Positions 30,312 through 40,950 are shown, counted from the first letter of the stretch. The stretch is 64,000 nt of DNA from Candidatus Gottesmanbacteria bacterium (GCA_023245355.1 JAHFKN010000002.1:72460-136459); one strand, 5' to 3'. Translations and numbers: made by a program. The notes: generated by a model not told the origin, from the letters alone.

Positions 30312-30378
30312 ACGGTAAAGTGTAACACACCTGTGCAATAAGCGGGGTCAGTCAAATCCGGAGCAGTTTCCTGCTATT

Positions 30379-32400
30379 TCATTGCAGCACATCAAAATAA
30401 TCTCCCGGGGGAAGCAGCTCTTTATTCATGGCGTTCTCACATTGCTCTTTGGGCGACTCATGCTTTATACACTCACGCAGAACCTGCTGCGCTTTGCTGT
30501 CGTTGTGTCTTATGTGCTGATAATACATCGCGAGCTCTATGTAAAGGGGCGCATAGTCAGGATTTACGTCCACAGCAAGACGCCACAATCTTTCCGTTTC
30601 CCACATGTTTGTGGGTATCTGCCTGAGTCCTAAAAGGTACAAAAACGACACATACCCCTCACGTAATCGGGGAGGGTTCGTTCTGTATATATCTGTCAGC
30701 AGTGCCCCCAAGTTGCTTGTCTGAGGCAAAAGAGCGTCAATTCGGGAATGAAGCCGCGCGGGCGTAGCCCTGCCGAGCAAAAAAAGAAAATCTTTTCCCA
30801 TTGTGTCCGTGTTTCCGTTTCCCGGAGCGAGCAGTGAAAAGTGTCTCCCTGCGCGCTCTGTGTTTTGTGGGTCGGCAAACGCCGCATCACGGGAAAACAT
30901 AATGGCATCTTCCGTGTTTCCTTCGTTTTGCATGTTTTCACTTATCTCTTCAAGAATCTGCGGGTTTTTCCGGTGAAACAGCCGGGCCGTCCACACGGCG
31001 TCTGCCCGCGTACTTTTGCTTTGTTCCAGATATAGCAATGTTTGCACGCTGTCAAACGGCGCCAGGTAAAACGCAAGATCATGCCTTTTTGTGAACAATC
31101 CGACTCCGTTGCTGCCGATCCAAAGCAGATAATATACGCTGACAACAATCAGCGCCGTTTGTATGCCCGCGGCAGAACCCCCCCTTTTTTCGGTATCTGT
31201 TATGCCGGTGACAAATCCCGAAACGGCAAGAAGCAACAACCACACGATAAAGTAGTCAAGAACAAACTCGAACAGGCTGTAGATAACAATGAGGGCACAC
31301 CCCATAAGAAGTGCGGCAGCGGTTTTGTCTGTCTCAAGCTTCTTTCTGTTTACGTATACATGACGGGCGTGTGCAAACAGCAGCATTCCAAACGCCGCAA
31401 AACCCACAACACCCGTCTCGGCGAGGATTTGAAGCGGTTGACTGTGAGCAAACCATGAAGCGGAAAAGGGGACCCTCTGATACCGCCAGGAAACAAGCGA
31501 AAACGTGCCGGGCCCGCTTCCTGTGATCGGCCGTTCAATAAACCCCTCCATTGCCTGACGCCAATACTCAAGCCTGACTGTTGCAGATCTGGGCCGCATA
31601 TAGGATTCTAAAACATTCTTTTTTACCGGCGCTCCCATATATACCACCGTAAAATAGCCACCGATCAAAACAGTAAACAGGCACACAGAGAGAACAATCG
31701 CTTTTACCGCACGTTTTTTCCCGGCTGCGTGTGCGGCGGCGGCAAAAAACACTGTAACGAGTGCCCACGCCGCCCTGGCCAGAGTCGAAAAAAGAAGCAG
31801 GGTATACACAATTACCGTAATAGCGGCCGGTCTGGCGGGAAACACGCGCAGGTTGTTCCACACGAGGGGGGAAACAAAAACCAAGAGATCCGCCAGATGA
31901 TTATGTCCGAAGCTTCTGCTTACCAAATTCATAGAAGGTATAAAGCGTTGCCCGGCCGGAAACGCCATGAAGATTAATGAAACTATGCTTGCTGCCCCCA
32001 CAAACGCAAGCAGCCCTCCTGAAAATATCGCTTCTTTTTTCTCTGATGCAACCTCATAAAATAACCGGTACACCAAATATCCGCAAAGCAGCCGGATGAG
32101 CCAGGACAAAGAAAAGCCGACGCTGTCAGAGGTTATGGCAGAAAGTATTGTTGCGGCAAATACTCCTGCCCAGGCGAAAGAAACAAAGCGCGGAGGGCCC
32201 GATGAAATTTGCCCGCGCCACGACAACCGGAGCGTCCAAAGAATCAAAACAACCGCGGCCACATACACCTCTACCACTGCCTGTTTTCCATCTCCGAAAA
32301 AAAGTCCCAAAAAAGACAGCCCAAAAAAAATAACAATAAGCCACGTTGTGTTACTTTCCTTTTTTGCGGCGTTTATGATGGCAGCAAGGCGCAATCCCAT
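30379..32400 (-). CDS. O-antigen ligase family protein with C-terminal helical/TPR-like region
   Basis: T..RAAW, R..YW..A..PITGSGPGTF, AHSQPLQ.LAETG. Confidence 0.8.
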   Translation of the reverse strand: MGLRLAAIINAAKKESNTTWLIVIFFGLSFLGLFFGDGKQAVVEVYVAAVVLILWTLRLSWRGQISSGPPRFVSFAWAGVFAATILSAITSDSVGFSLSWLIRLLCGYLVYRLFYEVASEKKEAIFSGGLLAFVGAASIVSLIFMAFPAGQRFIPSMNLVSRSFGHNHLADLLVFVSPLVWNNLRVFPARPAAITVIVYTLLLFSTLARAAWALVTVFFAAAAHAAGKKRAVKAIVLSVCLFTVLIGGYFTVVYMGAPVKKNVLESYMRPRSATVRLEYWRQAMEGFIERPITGSGPGTFSLVSWRYQRVPFSASWFAHSQPLQILAETGVVGFAAFGMLLFAHARHVYVNRKKLETDKTAAALLMGCALIVIYSLFEFVLDYFIVWLLLLAVSGFVTGITDTEKRGGSAAGIQTALIVVSVYYLLWIGSNGVGLFTKRHDLAFYLAPFDSVQTLLYLEQSKSTRADAVWTARLFHRKNPQILEEISENMQNEGNTEDAIMFSRDAAFADPQNTERAGRHFSLLAPGNGNTDTMGKDFLFLLGRATPARLHSRIDALLPQTSNLGALLTDIYRTNPPRLREGYVSFLYLLGLRQIPTNMWETERLWRLAVDVNPDYAPLYIELAMYYQHIRHNDSKAQQVLRECIKHESPKEQCENAMNKELLPPGDYFDVLQ

Positions 32401-32440
32401 ACATTTCACTATATCACAGCAAGGGTGTTCCTACGGGCTC

Positions 32441-32487
32441 TTGACAATAAATCTTCCAATGCGTACTATGTGGACAAGTTATCCACA
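32441..32487 (+). promoter_or_regulatory. dnaA promoter with two DnaA boxes over the start region
   Basis: TTGACA (32441), 17 nt, TACTAT (32464); TGTGGACAA 32469-32477 and TTATCCACA 32479-32487. Confidence 0.85.
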
Positions 32488-32507
32488 ACCTGCTCCCTGC
32501 TTCATGT

Positions 32508-33872
32508 ATGGATCTAATCAGACTTTGGAAATCAGTGCTTGCTGAAATTGAGCTGTCCGTCTCAAAGGCCACATATCATACTCACTTTGCCCACTCGGAA
32601 CTCATAAGCTTGGATGGCGAGGTCGCGTCCGTCGGCTTCCCGAGTCCGATCATGAGAACGCTCGCGGAAACAAGATACTACAGCCTTATCAAGAGTATTA
32701 TCGACCACAAAACGGGAGGAAATGTCAGTTTGGTGTTTTTGGTGTTACCCAAAAAGGAGACGGGTGAAAAAAATCCCGGCCCGTTATTTACCCAAGTGTT
32801 CGAATCAGAACCGAACACTGTTATGAGGGCCCGCAGACTTCACATAAATCCGGATCTGACCTTTGATAATTATGCCGTTTCTACAACAAACCAGCTGGCG
32901 TATGCCGCCGCGACGGCGGTCTCTAAAACAATCGGGCTCGCATATAACCCGTTGTTCCTCTACGGGGGAGTGGGGGTCGGAAAAACACACCTTATGTATG
33001 CAATCGCTAACTCTCTTCTCATTGCGAAACCGTCGCTTCGCGTCGTGTATTGCATGGGAGAAGAATTTTTAAACGATATTATTGAGGCTATCCAGACAAA
33101 AACCGCCCGCCAGTTTAAACAAAAATACAGGGGAGCCGAGCTTCTTATGGTTGATGACGTACAGTTCATCGCGGGAAAACAAACCGCGCAGGAAGAATTT
33201 TTTCATACATTCAATGCGGTGTTAAGAGAGGGTGGCCAGGTGCTTCTGACGAGTGATCGGCCGCCGCATGAAATCGCAAGGCTGGAGGACCGTCTACGGA
33301 GCCGGTTTGAGGGAGGGCTTATTGTAGACATATCCCCCCCGGACTTTGAGCTCCGCGCCGCAATCGTAAACATTAAGGCCAAAGCGCTTGGACTCACTGT
33401 TCCGAATGACTCGGCTCAGATCATCGCGGCAAACGTTGTCGATGCCAGAGCCATAGAGGGGTTTTTGCGGCGTCTCACAACTGAAATGGCCACAAAGCCT
33501 CAACCCATAACGCCGGAGCTTGTTTCGTCACTTCTCAATACGAAGTCGGCCGTCATGGGACAAACCAAAACAACAAAGAGGGTCACGCCGCAGGAACTAC
33601 TGGAGGCGGTCTCAACGTACTTCGATATTAAGCCTACGCTTTTAAAAGGTCCGAAGCGGGACCGCCCGATCGCGCGGCCCCGGCAGGTGTACATGTACTT
33701 ATCGAAAATTGAGCTTGGCTTAACGTATGAGGACATCGGCGGGTCTCTCGGGGGAAGAGATCATACGACAGTTATGCACGGTGTCGAGACAATTACCCAA
33801 GAATTGTCCACGAACGAGTCTTTGCGTTCGGCCGTAACGGGGATAAAACAAAAGTTATGGGCTCAGCAATAA
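32508..33872 (+). CDS. dnaA: Chromosomal replication initiator DnaA
   Basis: YNPLFLYGGVGVGKTHL, DDVQF, QEEFFHTFN, RLRSRF, GGRDHTTVMH. Confidence 0.99.
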   Translation: MDLIRLWKSVLAEIELSVSKATYHTHFAHSELISLDGEVASVGFPSPIMRTLAETRYYSLIKSIIDHKTGGNVSLVFLVLPKKETGEKNPGPLFTQVFESEPNTVMRARRLHINPDLTFDNYAVSTTNQLAYAAATAVSKTIGLAYNPLFLYGGVGVGKTHLMYAIANSLLIAKPSLRVVYCMGEEFLNDIIEAIQTKTARQFKQKYRGAELLMVDDVQFIAGKQTAQEEFFHTFNAVLREGGQVLLTSDRPPHEIARLEDRLRSRFEGGLIVDISPPDFELRAAIVNIKAKALGLTVPNDSAQIIAANVVDARAIEGFLRRLTTEMATKPQPITPELVSSLLNTKSAVMGQTKTTKRVTPQELLEAVSTYFDIKPTLLKGPKRDRPIARPRQVYMYLSKIELGLTYEDIGGSLGGRDHTTVMHGVETITQELSTNESLRSAVTGIKQKLWAQQ

Positions 33873-34056
33873 TAAGGTTTTCCACTTATGCACCGCGCAC
33901 ACAAAGTTATCCACATGCTTTTCCACTTTCTTCTTTTGATTTTGCCGGTACTTATCCACAACTCAAACAGACTATTTGTCTTGTCATTGACACACAAATC
34001 AAAAAACCATACACTTTTCCACGCCTAATTCTTATTACTACTGCTGGTATACCTAT
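33873..34056 (+). other. Putative oriC: DnaA-box cluster and DnaA-trio-like unwinding element
   Basis: Perfect TTATCCACA at 33907 and 33952; near matches at 33878, 33886, 33919 and 34015; then GCC-TAATTCTTATTACTACTGCTG. Confidence 0.85.
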
Positions 34057-35163
34057 ATGAATATAAAACTTCTACAGGAGAATTTACAAAAAGCTCTTAC
34101 ACATATTACCAGGGTTGTACCGAGCAAGCCCCAGATTCCCATTCTTCAGAATATTAAGCTTACTGCGACGAAAGAAGGGCTGGAAATTACCGCGACAAAC
34201 ATGGAAACCACCGAAACGATCTGGATAGGCGGAAAGGTTGAGAAGGAAGGGTCTGTCTGTGTCTCAGCGAGAGTTCTTTTTGAGTTCGTTGCAACGCTAC
34301 CGCCTGAAACAGTTCACATTCTGCAAAAAGAAGAACAGCTGATTGTTTCCAGCGCCGGATTTGAAGCACAACTGCCGACCGTGTCCGCTTCGGAGTTCCC
34401 CCCGTCCCCCTCGTTGTCGTTAAAAGACGCAGGAAGCATCGATAAGGAGAAATTTGTTGGTGCGCTTTCTAACGTGTTGTTTGCCGCAGCAACGGACGAA
34501 GGAAGACCGATGTTGACGGGCATTAAGGTCGTTGAAGACGGGGACCAAACCATGTTTGTGGCGACCGACGGATACAGACTTTCTCTCTGCCGCATGGCAA
34601 TGTCAGTAAAATCTCTTTCGCAGGCGATTATTCCCGCCAGGGCCCTCTCTGAAGTGGTGAAGCTGTCTGGTGAAGAAAAGGCGGAAGAGGGGATTAAAAT
34701 AGGGCTCGCTGGGGAGCATCAGGTGGGGTTCGTCGTCGGGGAGACGACGCTGTTAACGCGGCTCCTTGACGGGGAATATCCTAACTTCGAGCGGATTATT
34801 CCGAAAACGTTTACCACCCGGGCGCTGATAGAAAAAGAGGGGTTGCTGCGCGCGGTCAGGTCAGCGGCTATTTTCGCCAGAGACAACGCAAACATAGTCA
34901 GGTTGAGTCTCGACAAGCAAAAAATAGTCGTATCTGCCAACGCCGCCCAGGTCGGAAAAAATTCAATAGAGCTCTCGGCGAAAATCGACGGAGACGGCGG
35001 GGAAATTGCGTTTAACAGCAGATTTCTGTTGGATTTCCTTTCAAATTATCAGGAAGACGAGTTTTTGTTTGAAATGACGGGCTCATTAAACTCGGGGGTT
35101 TTTAAACCGGTAAAGGACGACTCCTACCTTCATATTATAATGCCGGTGCGGGTGACATCATAA
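34057..35163 (+). CDS. dnaN: DNA polymerase III beta clamp
   Basis: PILQNI, VATDGYRL, LLDGEYP, IAFNSRFL, IIMPVR. Confidence 0.98.
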   Translation: MNIKLLQENLQKALTHITRVVPSKPQIPILQNIKLTATKEGLEITATNMETTETIWIGGKVEKEGSVCVSARVLFEFVATLPPETVHILQKEEQLIVSSAGFEAQLPTVSASEFPPSPSLSLKDAGSIDKEKFVGALSNVLFAAATDEGRPMLTGIKVVEDGDQTMFVATDGYRLSLCRMAMSVKSLSQAIIPARALSEVVKLSGEEKAEEGIKIGLAGEHQVGFVVGETTLLTRLLDGEYPNFERIIPKTFTTRALIEKEGLLRAVRSAAIFARDNANIVRLSLDKQKIVVSANAAQVGKNSIELSAKIDGDGGEIAFNSRFLLDFLSNYQEDEFLFEMTGSLNSGVFKPVKDDSYLHIIMPVRVTS

Positions 35164-35165
35164 CG

Positions 35166-36167
35166 TTATAGCGCGGACACGACCGTTGTTGTTTTGAGTA
35201 CCGCTTTTTCTCCTGGCTCTTCAGCGGTCCCCGTAAACACAAAAATCGGCACGAGAAATTCCTGAACAGGAGAATAGAAATATCCTAAGGTTACCCTTTG
35301 GATGTTTATGGCAGACGGCAATGCGCCGGTCATAAACTCCTTTTCTCCCGTGCTCGTGAGAGAAACGCTTGAAAAAATACCGACATTGGCCTTTAGCCGC
35401 CGCAGCGCCTCACTATAGGAGATAATGGAAACGCTCTGCGCCTCTTTCGTTACATCGGGAAGTATTGTCGCCCGAAGCTCCGTGAGCACATCGTCCCCGT
35501 TAAAACTCGCGGAAAAAACCGGGGTGTCCGCATCGTTTATGAACACCGGCAAGCCCCCGATGACGGCCGAAAAATCCAGCTGAGTAATTACGGCCCCCTG
35601 CGGAGTGGTGAGTTCAGTAGGATGCGGATCGTTAAAAGATAGAAATCGTTGGGCAGATATGGTCGCGGAAAACGGCTGAGGAACGACCGATAAATCCGCA
35701 AGGCCGGATGTGAAGACATCAATATATTTACCGATGTTATTTGTGACAAACCTGTTTGAGCTTACGGTGGTATGGAGGGTGAACGTCAGGGGATTTTCTG
35801 ACAGCGTGCCGGACATATTGTTTGAGGAAAAGTTTGCATAGCGCCCTTTGGACCCGATAATTGTAGAAGGGGGAGTCGTGCTGGTATATAAAGAAAAAAT
35901 ACGGCTCCGTTCAGTTTCGAAATCCCGGACACGCGAAATCTTGTAATACGGAACGCTTGCCGGGAACGACGCGACCGGCGCCCCTGAATACGTAATCGGG
36001 CCACCGGAAAGCGGTTGTGGTAATGAAGACGGGCGGATAGGCGGAGGAGTGATAAATACCCGCTCCTGTATCGGCGGTTGTACGGATGTTTTTGTGCGGG
36101 TGGCCACAAAAAACAAAGCGAGGCTCAAAAAAACAAAGGCTCCGATGATTAACCATGATTTTTTCAT
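35166..36167 (-). CDS. Hypothetical exported/membrane-anchored protein at end of VirB4 operon
   Basis: N-terminal signal/TM, Pro-rich linker, L.Y...L.P.F.F.G C-terminus. Confidence 0.6.
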   Translation of the reverse strand: MKKSWLIIGAFVFLSLALFFVATRTKTSVQPPIQERVFITPPPIRPSSLPQPLSGGPITYSGAPVASFPASVPYYKISRVRDFETERSRIFSLYTSTTPPSTIIGSKGRYANFSSNNMSGTLSENPLTFTLHTTVSSNRFVTNNIGKYIDVFTSGLADLSVVPQPFSATISAQRFLSFNDPHPTELTTPQGAVITQLDFSAVIGGLPVFINDADTPVFSASFNGDDVLTELRATILPDVTKEAQSVSIISYSEALRRLKANVGIFSSVSLTSTGEKEFMTGALPSAINIQRVTLGYFYSPVQEFLVPIFVFTGTAEEPGEKAVLKTTTVVSAL

Positions 36168-36170
36168 ATA

Positions 36171-38357
36171 TTACGGGCACCCCGCAGGGAGCGGAAACGG
36201 CGTTGTCTGATTCGGTCCTTTGTATCCCCAGTGCAAATGTGTGCCGTATCCCTCTCCGCACTTATTGCCGATGCACCCATAAGTATATCCCGTCGTGTCG
36301 ACGTATCCTATGACGGTGCCGGCGGGAATGAGTACCGGCTTTCCTGAATTAGCCGTAACAAGCGGGGAGACGTCCAGTAAATGCGCGTAGTTAGTACAAT
36401 ATTGTTGATTATTTGACGGGTCTGTGGCCACCAATACAACATTGTTGCCGTAACTACCGTATTTGTACTGATACGGCGCGTAGGTGTTAACGTACGACGC
36501 TACATAGGCATCGTGGGCGGCTACGACCGGCGTACCCTGACTTGCACCGAAGTCATACGCGTTAAGGTTTTTGTGGGATCCGCTCGGGCTAAACGGTCCC
36601 TGAGTGATCGGCGCATGGACGGGGCACGTGCTTATGGATGCCACAGGCGAGGCTCCTGACCATGTACATACAAATGTTGTTGCCTGAATATTCCCGCTTG
36701 TGATGTTTGTAATTGTTTCTTTGTACCGGCGTAACGACGCAAATATCGCGCTGACTTTTGCGCTGTGGGAAAGCTGCGAAACATTAAGCGGGGTAGGGAG
36801 AATAAACAAAAGCAAAAGCGAACCCACAACGATGAGAGCGGTGAGAAGCGGCATGTCTTCTCCGATGGGAATGGGGATGGCCGCCGCCCTGCGGGACCGG
36901 CTCATTTGCTGCGGAATAAACGGGCTTGTCAAAAAGAACGACGTGGTCCTGTCAACGAGTGAGCCGAACGCCCCGCCGATTGCGTTACTCAGCCATCCGA
37001 CTCCAAGCAGAGGGAATCCGACAGCATACGGACGCAAAGAACTACCCTTGCTGTAAACATTTTGTTGTAAACTAAACGTCCTGAATACGTCCCACGGCAT
37101 TATCCCGGAGGGAAGAAACGATCTTCCGGGAGGTGCCGCGGCGTTTGCGCGGGCAAGTTCAAAAAAATCCAACAACCGGTCCTGTGTTCCGTGCGCAAGC
37201 GCCGGGCTTAGCGGACCGCGGAACACAGAAGAAAATACATCATCGAAGATGGTCCGGACTTGTCCTCCCTGAGGCCTTTCTGAAAGCTGGCGGGTTAAAT
37301 CCTGGGCTACGCGGGTAAATAATGAACTATGAACGAAGTTTTCTCCCAACCTGTCAACAAAACGCTGTGTTCCCGATAGCATTGACCGCAAGGTTCCGTT
37401 GACCTTTTCATGAATAATCATTTCGCGCACAGGTTCCCCGACGAGAGACAAAATACCGTCGGCACCCTGTTGCAGGCCTTTAGCCACACCTTTCGCGCCG
37501 GAGGCAGAAAAGAACTGAAGGCTTCCTCCTTTGTGCGACGGATTGCTTTCCAGCGAAGCGGCGACTCCCGCCAGTTTATCTGCCCGGAGGAACGTGTCGG
37601 CAATAGATTCAGATGTGGGCGCGTTTAAAACAACGTCAACAAAAACATCCGGGCGCCTCATGTCCGGTTTTTCGTACAGCGTAGTGGTGAGCGCCTGTGA
37701 CCGTTTTGTTTGGGACACTACCTCCGAAACATACGCATCATTTTCCGTAAGTGAGAGTGCGATATCCTTTTTGAGGATGTTTACCTGATCCGCAGATAAT
37801 CCCGCAGAAGCGATTTCGTTGGACGCGACAAGCATTTCCGCAAATCGCTCCTTGGTCTGTTTTTGCGTTGCTTCTCCCGCGGCGGCAACGAGCGCGCGGT
37901 CGACGGCAGCGCCGAGCGCCTCTTCTGACACCGTCGGTGTGGTAGAGCTGAATTTGTTTACAAGCGTATGAATAAACGTACGCCGCTGGGTTTTTTGGCT
38001 GTTTAATTTGGCCTGCGTGGCCTCTCTGATGCGGACAGCGGCGTGTTTTCTCACCTCTCCTAAATCATGCACTTCCTTTTCCTGTAACACCTGGTCAGGG
38101 AGCTGACTTTGAAAATTAGGCAGCTCGCCTAATTTTTCCGAGGCACGGGATATGATTGACTCAAAAGCAGCAACGAGCTCATTTTCTCCTACGGTTTCCG
38201 CTTGTCCCAGCAATTCCCTCTCAGAAGATATAAGCTCCCGAAGATATGCATACTGGCCTGCGGCGGAAATCGCCTCATAGACGGAGATGCTGCCGGAGGA
38301 AACATCTGACAGCAGGTTGTCGATGAATTCTTTCAGTGGTTGCGTGTCGCTTGCCAT
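36171..38357 (-). CDS. Large membrane protein with C-terminal M23 peptidase (peptidoglycan hydrolase) domain
   Basis: Single TM, then H....YDF, GTPV.A, YGN.V, YAHL, HLH. Confidence 0.8.
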   Translation of the reverse strand: MASDTQPLKEFIDNLLSDVSSGSISVYEAISAAGQYAYLRELISSERELLGQAETVGENELVAAFESIISRASEKLGELPNFQSQLPDQVLQEKEVHDLGEVRKHAAVRIREATQAKLNSQKTQRRTFIHTLVNKFSSTTPTVSEEALGAAVDRALVAAAGEATQKQTKERFAEMLVASNEIASAGLSADQVNILKKDIALSLTENDAYVSEVVSQTKRSQALTTTLYEKPDMRRPDVFVDVVLNAPTSESIADTFLRADKLAGVAASLESNPSHKGGSLQFFSASGAKGVAKGLQQGADGILSLVGEPVREMIIHEKVNGTLRSMLSGTQRFVDRLGENFVHSSLFTRVAQDLTRQLSERPQGGQVRTIFDDVFSSVFRGPLSPALAHGTQDRLLDFFELARANAAAPPGRSFLPSGIMPWDVFRTFSLQQNVYSKGSSLRPYAVGFPLLGVGWLSNAIGGAFGSLVDRTTSFFLTSPFIPQQMSRSRRAAAIPIPIGEDMPLLTALIVVGSLLLLFILPTPLNVSQLSHSAKVSAIFASLRRYKETITNITSGNIQATTFVCTWSGASPVASISTCPVHAPITQGPFSPSGSHKNLNAYDFGASQGTPVVAAHDAYVASYVNTYAPYQYKYGSYGNNVVLVATDPSNNQQYCTNYAHLLDVSPLVTANSGKPVLIPAGTVIGYVDTTGYTYGCIGNKCGEGYGTHLHWGYKGPNQTTPFPLPAGCP

Positions 38358-38363
38358 AGTGCG

Positions 38364-40286
38364 TTAGTCGGGTTTATTGCTGTGAACGGTTTCTACGGTA
38401 AATATCGGACGGTTCGGCTTGGGGAGAGGCGGCGCGCTTTGCGGCACAACCGACGCCGCGGGAGCAGGAGTTGTGTTGATAAGTTCCTCCGTGGTTTCCT
38501 GGTGTTCTTTCATCGTCTCCTGTGGCCGTGTTGTTGCCACCTCATGTTCTTCGGGGCTTGCAATAACACGCATTGCCGCGTGAGCTGGTCCTGCGAAAAA
38601 CAACCCTTGTCCGACATCGGCAGCAAGGAGAAGATGCTTTTCTCCTTCAGAGAGGTAAAACACCTGCGCGATGGTGTCTATCGCGGCAGAAGATTGTTTA
38701 AGCAGTATTTGCATACTGCTGTTTTGAATAATCGCTTTTCCCATCTCCGTTGCCATAAAATCTTCCACATCCTGAGTGATGGTGGTAAGTCCGAGGTAAT
38801 ATTTTCTCGCCCGCTTTGCTATTCCGTATAAAAACTGCGCTGAGTCGGGGTATTTCATCATGTACCACGCCTCATCAACAATAAGAAGCCTTCTTCTCTT
38901 GTCGTGTCTGATTTTGTTCCAGATAAAATCCAGAATAAGATACATGGCAATCGGCCGCAGTTCGTCTTCCAAATCCCGGATGGAAAAAACGGTCAGTTGG
39001 TTTCTGATAGACACGTTTGTCTGCTGATCAAAAATACCAACCAGGCTTCCCCTGACAAATTTTTCTATCCGGTCAGCAAGACCCTTTGCTAACACTTCCT
39101 CCATGCCTACAAGCGTTTTATACAAATCTTCCATAAGCGGAGGCTCTTTTTTATGCGTTGTGGGGTCAGGGGTGATTCCTTTTTGTTTGTACGTAAGAAT
39201 AAGCGCGCGGTCCAACAGTGCGTCCTCCGTCGGTGTGAGGCGCCCCATAACAACGCGGAAAAACCCGTGAAGCGACAGTATTTTTTGACTTAACTCACTC
39301 TGACCGTCGCTGGTGGAGCCTAGCAGCGCAAGGTCAAACGGATTAAGTTTTGTTTGGGAGCCGAAGCGGAAGCGGATATATTCTCCTCCGAGCGTATGCG
39401 TCAGGTTTTCATACTCATTTTCCGGATCGATAACGATCACCTCAGTGTCAAACATGAGACTGCGCATGATTTCGAGTTTCACCATGTAGCTTTTTCCGCC
39501 TCCCGATTTTCCGAATACTACGGAATTAGCATTTTCCAGCGTGAATCTGTCAAAGATAATAAGCGAGTCGTTGTGTTCATTGAGTCCGTAAAGAATTCCT
39601 TCGTTTGCAGTAAGCTCGCTGGTTGTAAACGGAAACGTGGTTGCAAGAGACGTCGTGTCCATGTTCCGGGTAACAAGAACCCTGTCCTTGCCCATGGGAA
39701 GGGTTGTCTTTACACCCTCTTCCATTTGGAGAATGGATTTTTTGGTAACGATAAGAAGCGAGCCGAGTGTTGCCTCCACCTGTTTGGTTGTTTTATCAAG
39801 ATCTTCTCTGGTTTTTGCCGGGATTGTGACATAAAGTCCGAATTGGAAAAACCGCTCGGATCCCTTTGCCAGTTCCTGCTGCAACGCAAGCGCGTCTTCA
39901 AGGGCCACTTGTACCGATGGTTCTATAACGCGGCCACGTTTGAGGTCTGATTGTATGGTAGCCTCCATTTCACCGACTTTGCGCTTAAGATTTTCAAGTA
40001 TTTCTTCGCTTCTCGTCGGATATATATACATGGCAATATCCAGCGTGTGATTAAACGAAACGAGAGGTTCTAGCCAGTTTGCCGCAACGAAGCGGGGATA
40101 CCCGGCAACAAAAAGTGAGCGGTAATACCAGTCACCGACTTTTAAAAGGTCAAAATCCACCTCGATTGCGGGAGGTGCGATAATGTCGGTTGCTGTCAGG
40201 GACTGCTGAGACACGGACGAATTTTCCTTGGGAGGCGCAGATGCTCCCATGAATGTGTTAAGTAGCGCGTCGAGTTTCGAGGCCAT
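38364..40286 (-). CDS. VirB4/TraC-like type IV secretion ATPase
   Basis: FPFTT, VFGKSGGGKS, IDPENEY, LIVDEAW, RARKY, ITQ. Confidence 0.9.
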   Translation of the reverse strand: MASKLDALLNTFMGASAPPKENSSVSQQSLTATDIIAPPAIEVDFDLLKVGDWYYRSLFVAGYPRFVAANWLEPLVSFNHTLDIAMYIYPTRSEEILENLKRKVGEMEATIQSDLKRGRVIEPSVQVALEDALALQQELAKGSERFFQFGLYVTIPAKTREDLDKTTKQVEATLGSLLIVTKKSILQMEEGVKTTLPMGKDRVLVTRNMDTTSLATTFPFTTSELTANEGILYGLNEHNDSLIIFDRFTLENANSVVFGKSGGGKSYMVKLEIMRSLMFDTEVIVIDPENEYENLTHTLGGEYIRFRFGSQTKLNPFDLALLGSTSDGQSELSQKILSLHGFFRVVMGRLTPTEDALLDRALILTYKQKGITPDPTTHKKEPPLMEDLYKTLVGMEEVLAKGLADRIEKFVRGSLVGIFDQQTNVSIRNQLTVFSIRDLEDELRPIAMYLILDFIWNKIRHDKRRRLLIVDEAWYMMKYPDSAQFLYGIAKRARKYYLGLTTITQDVEDFMATEMGKAIIQNSSMQILLKQSSAAIDTIAQVFYLSEGEKHLLLAADVGQGLFFAGPAHAAMRVIASPEEHEVATTRPQETMKEHQETTEELINTTPAPAASVVPQSAPPLPKPNRPIFTVETVHSNKPD

Positions 40287-40945
40287 TATGGTTGTTCCTT
40301 TCCGAAATTGAGCATGGTCACATCCGGCGGCGGGTTTCCCGGGTTATACATGCTGAAAAACAGTTTCACGAGCGAGTCGGAATTTAACTGGGTAGCGTGG
40401 AGACCCACCCTGGCAAGTAAACGCACGAGATGATCGCGTTTCGGGAGCAACACTGTCTGCGCGCGGTCATATATGTATGATTTTTCATACGGCAACCCGG
40501 CTTTTTTGGGTCCGAATAAGAGGGTTGATGATACGCCAAGCTCAACATTGGAAAAGGGGAGAACTATGTAAAATTTCTTGTCCAGTACGTCCTTTTCTTT
40601 TACCATAGACGCGACAAACAGACGGTACCCGTGGATACTGCGCGTCAGCTTCGGATTCTTTTGGCGTTTCTCCTGGTCCTCAAGAAGCTTTAAATATGCG
40701 GATATGTCTTTATGTTTGGTCTGAATGAGAATTTGGATCGGAAACGAAAGCGAGTTGAGAAGTCCCGCATACGCATAAATAATAGCGTCCTGCTCTTTTT
40801 CCGACAGCAAGCCGAAGTTGACCGCTGTCGTTGCTATAACCAGAGCGACGGAGCCGTCCGCGAACATGATAAGATCGCGGTCAACGTCGACTATTTCCGT
40901 AAACACCTGTGTTGATGCGCGTATTGGTACGATAGGTTCTGCCAT
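40286..40945 (-). CDS. VirB4-associated protein (resembles VirB4 N-terminal part)
   Basis: ASTQ, NF.LLSEKEQ..I..Y..LNSL.FP.QI; lies between PrgI and VirB4. Confidence 0.7.
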   Translation of the reverse strand: MAEPIVPIRASTQVFTEIVDVDRDLIMFADGSVALVIATTAVNFGLLSEKEQDAIIYAYAGLLNSLSFPIQILIQTKHKDISAYLKLLEDQEKRQKNPKLTRSIHGYRLFVASMVKEKDVLDKKFYIVLPFSNVELGVSSTLLFGPKKAGLPYEKSYIYDRAQTVLLPKRDHLVRLLARVGLHATQLNSDSLVKLFFSMYNPGNPPPDVTMLNFGKEQP

Positions 40946-40950
40946 AATGA

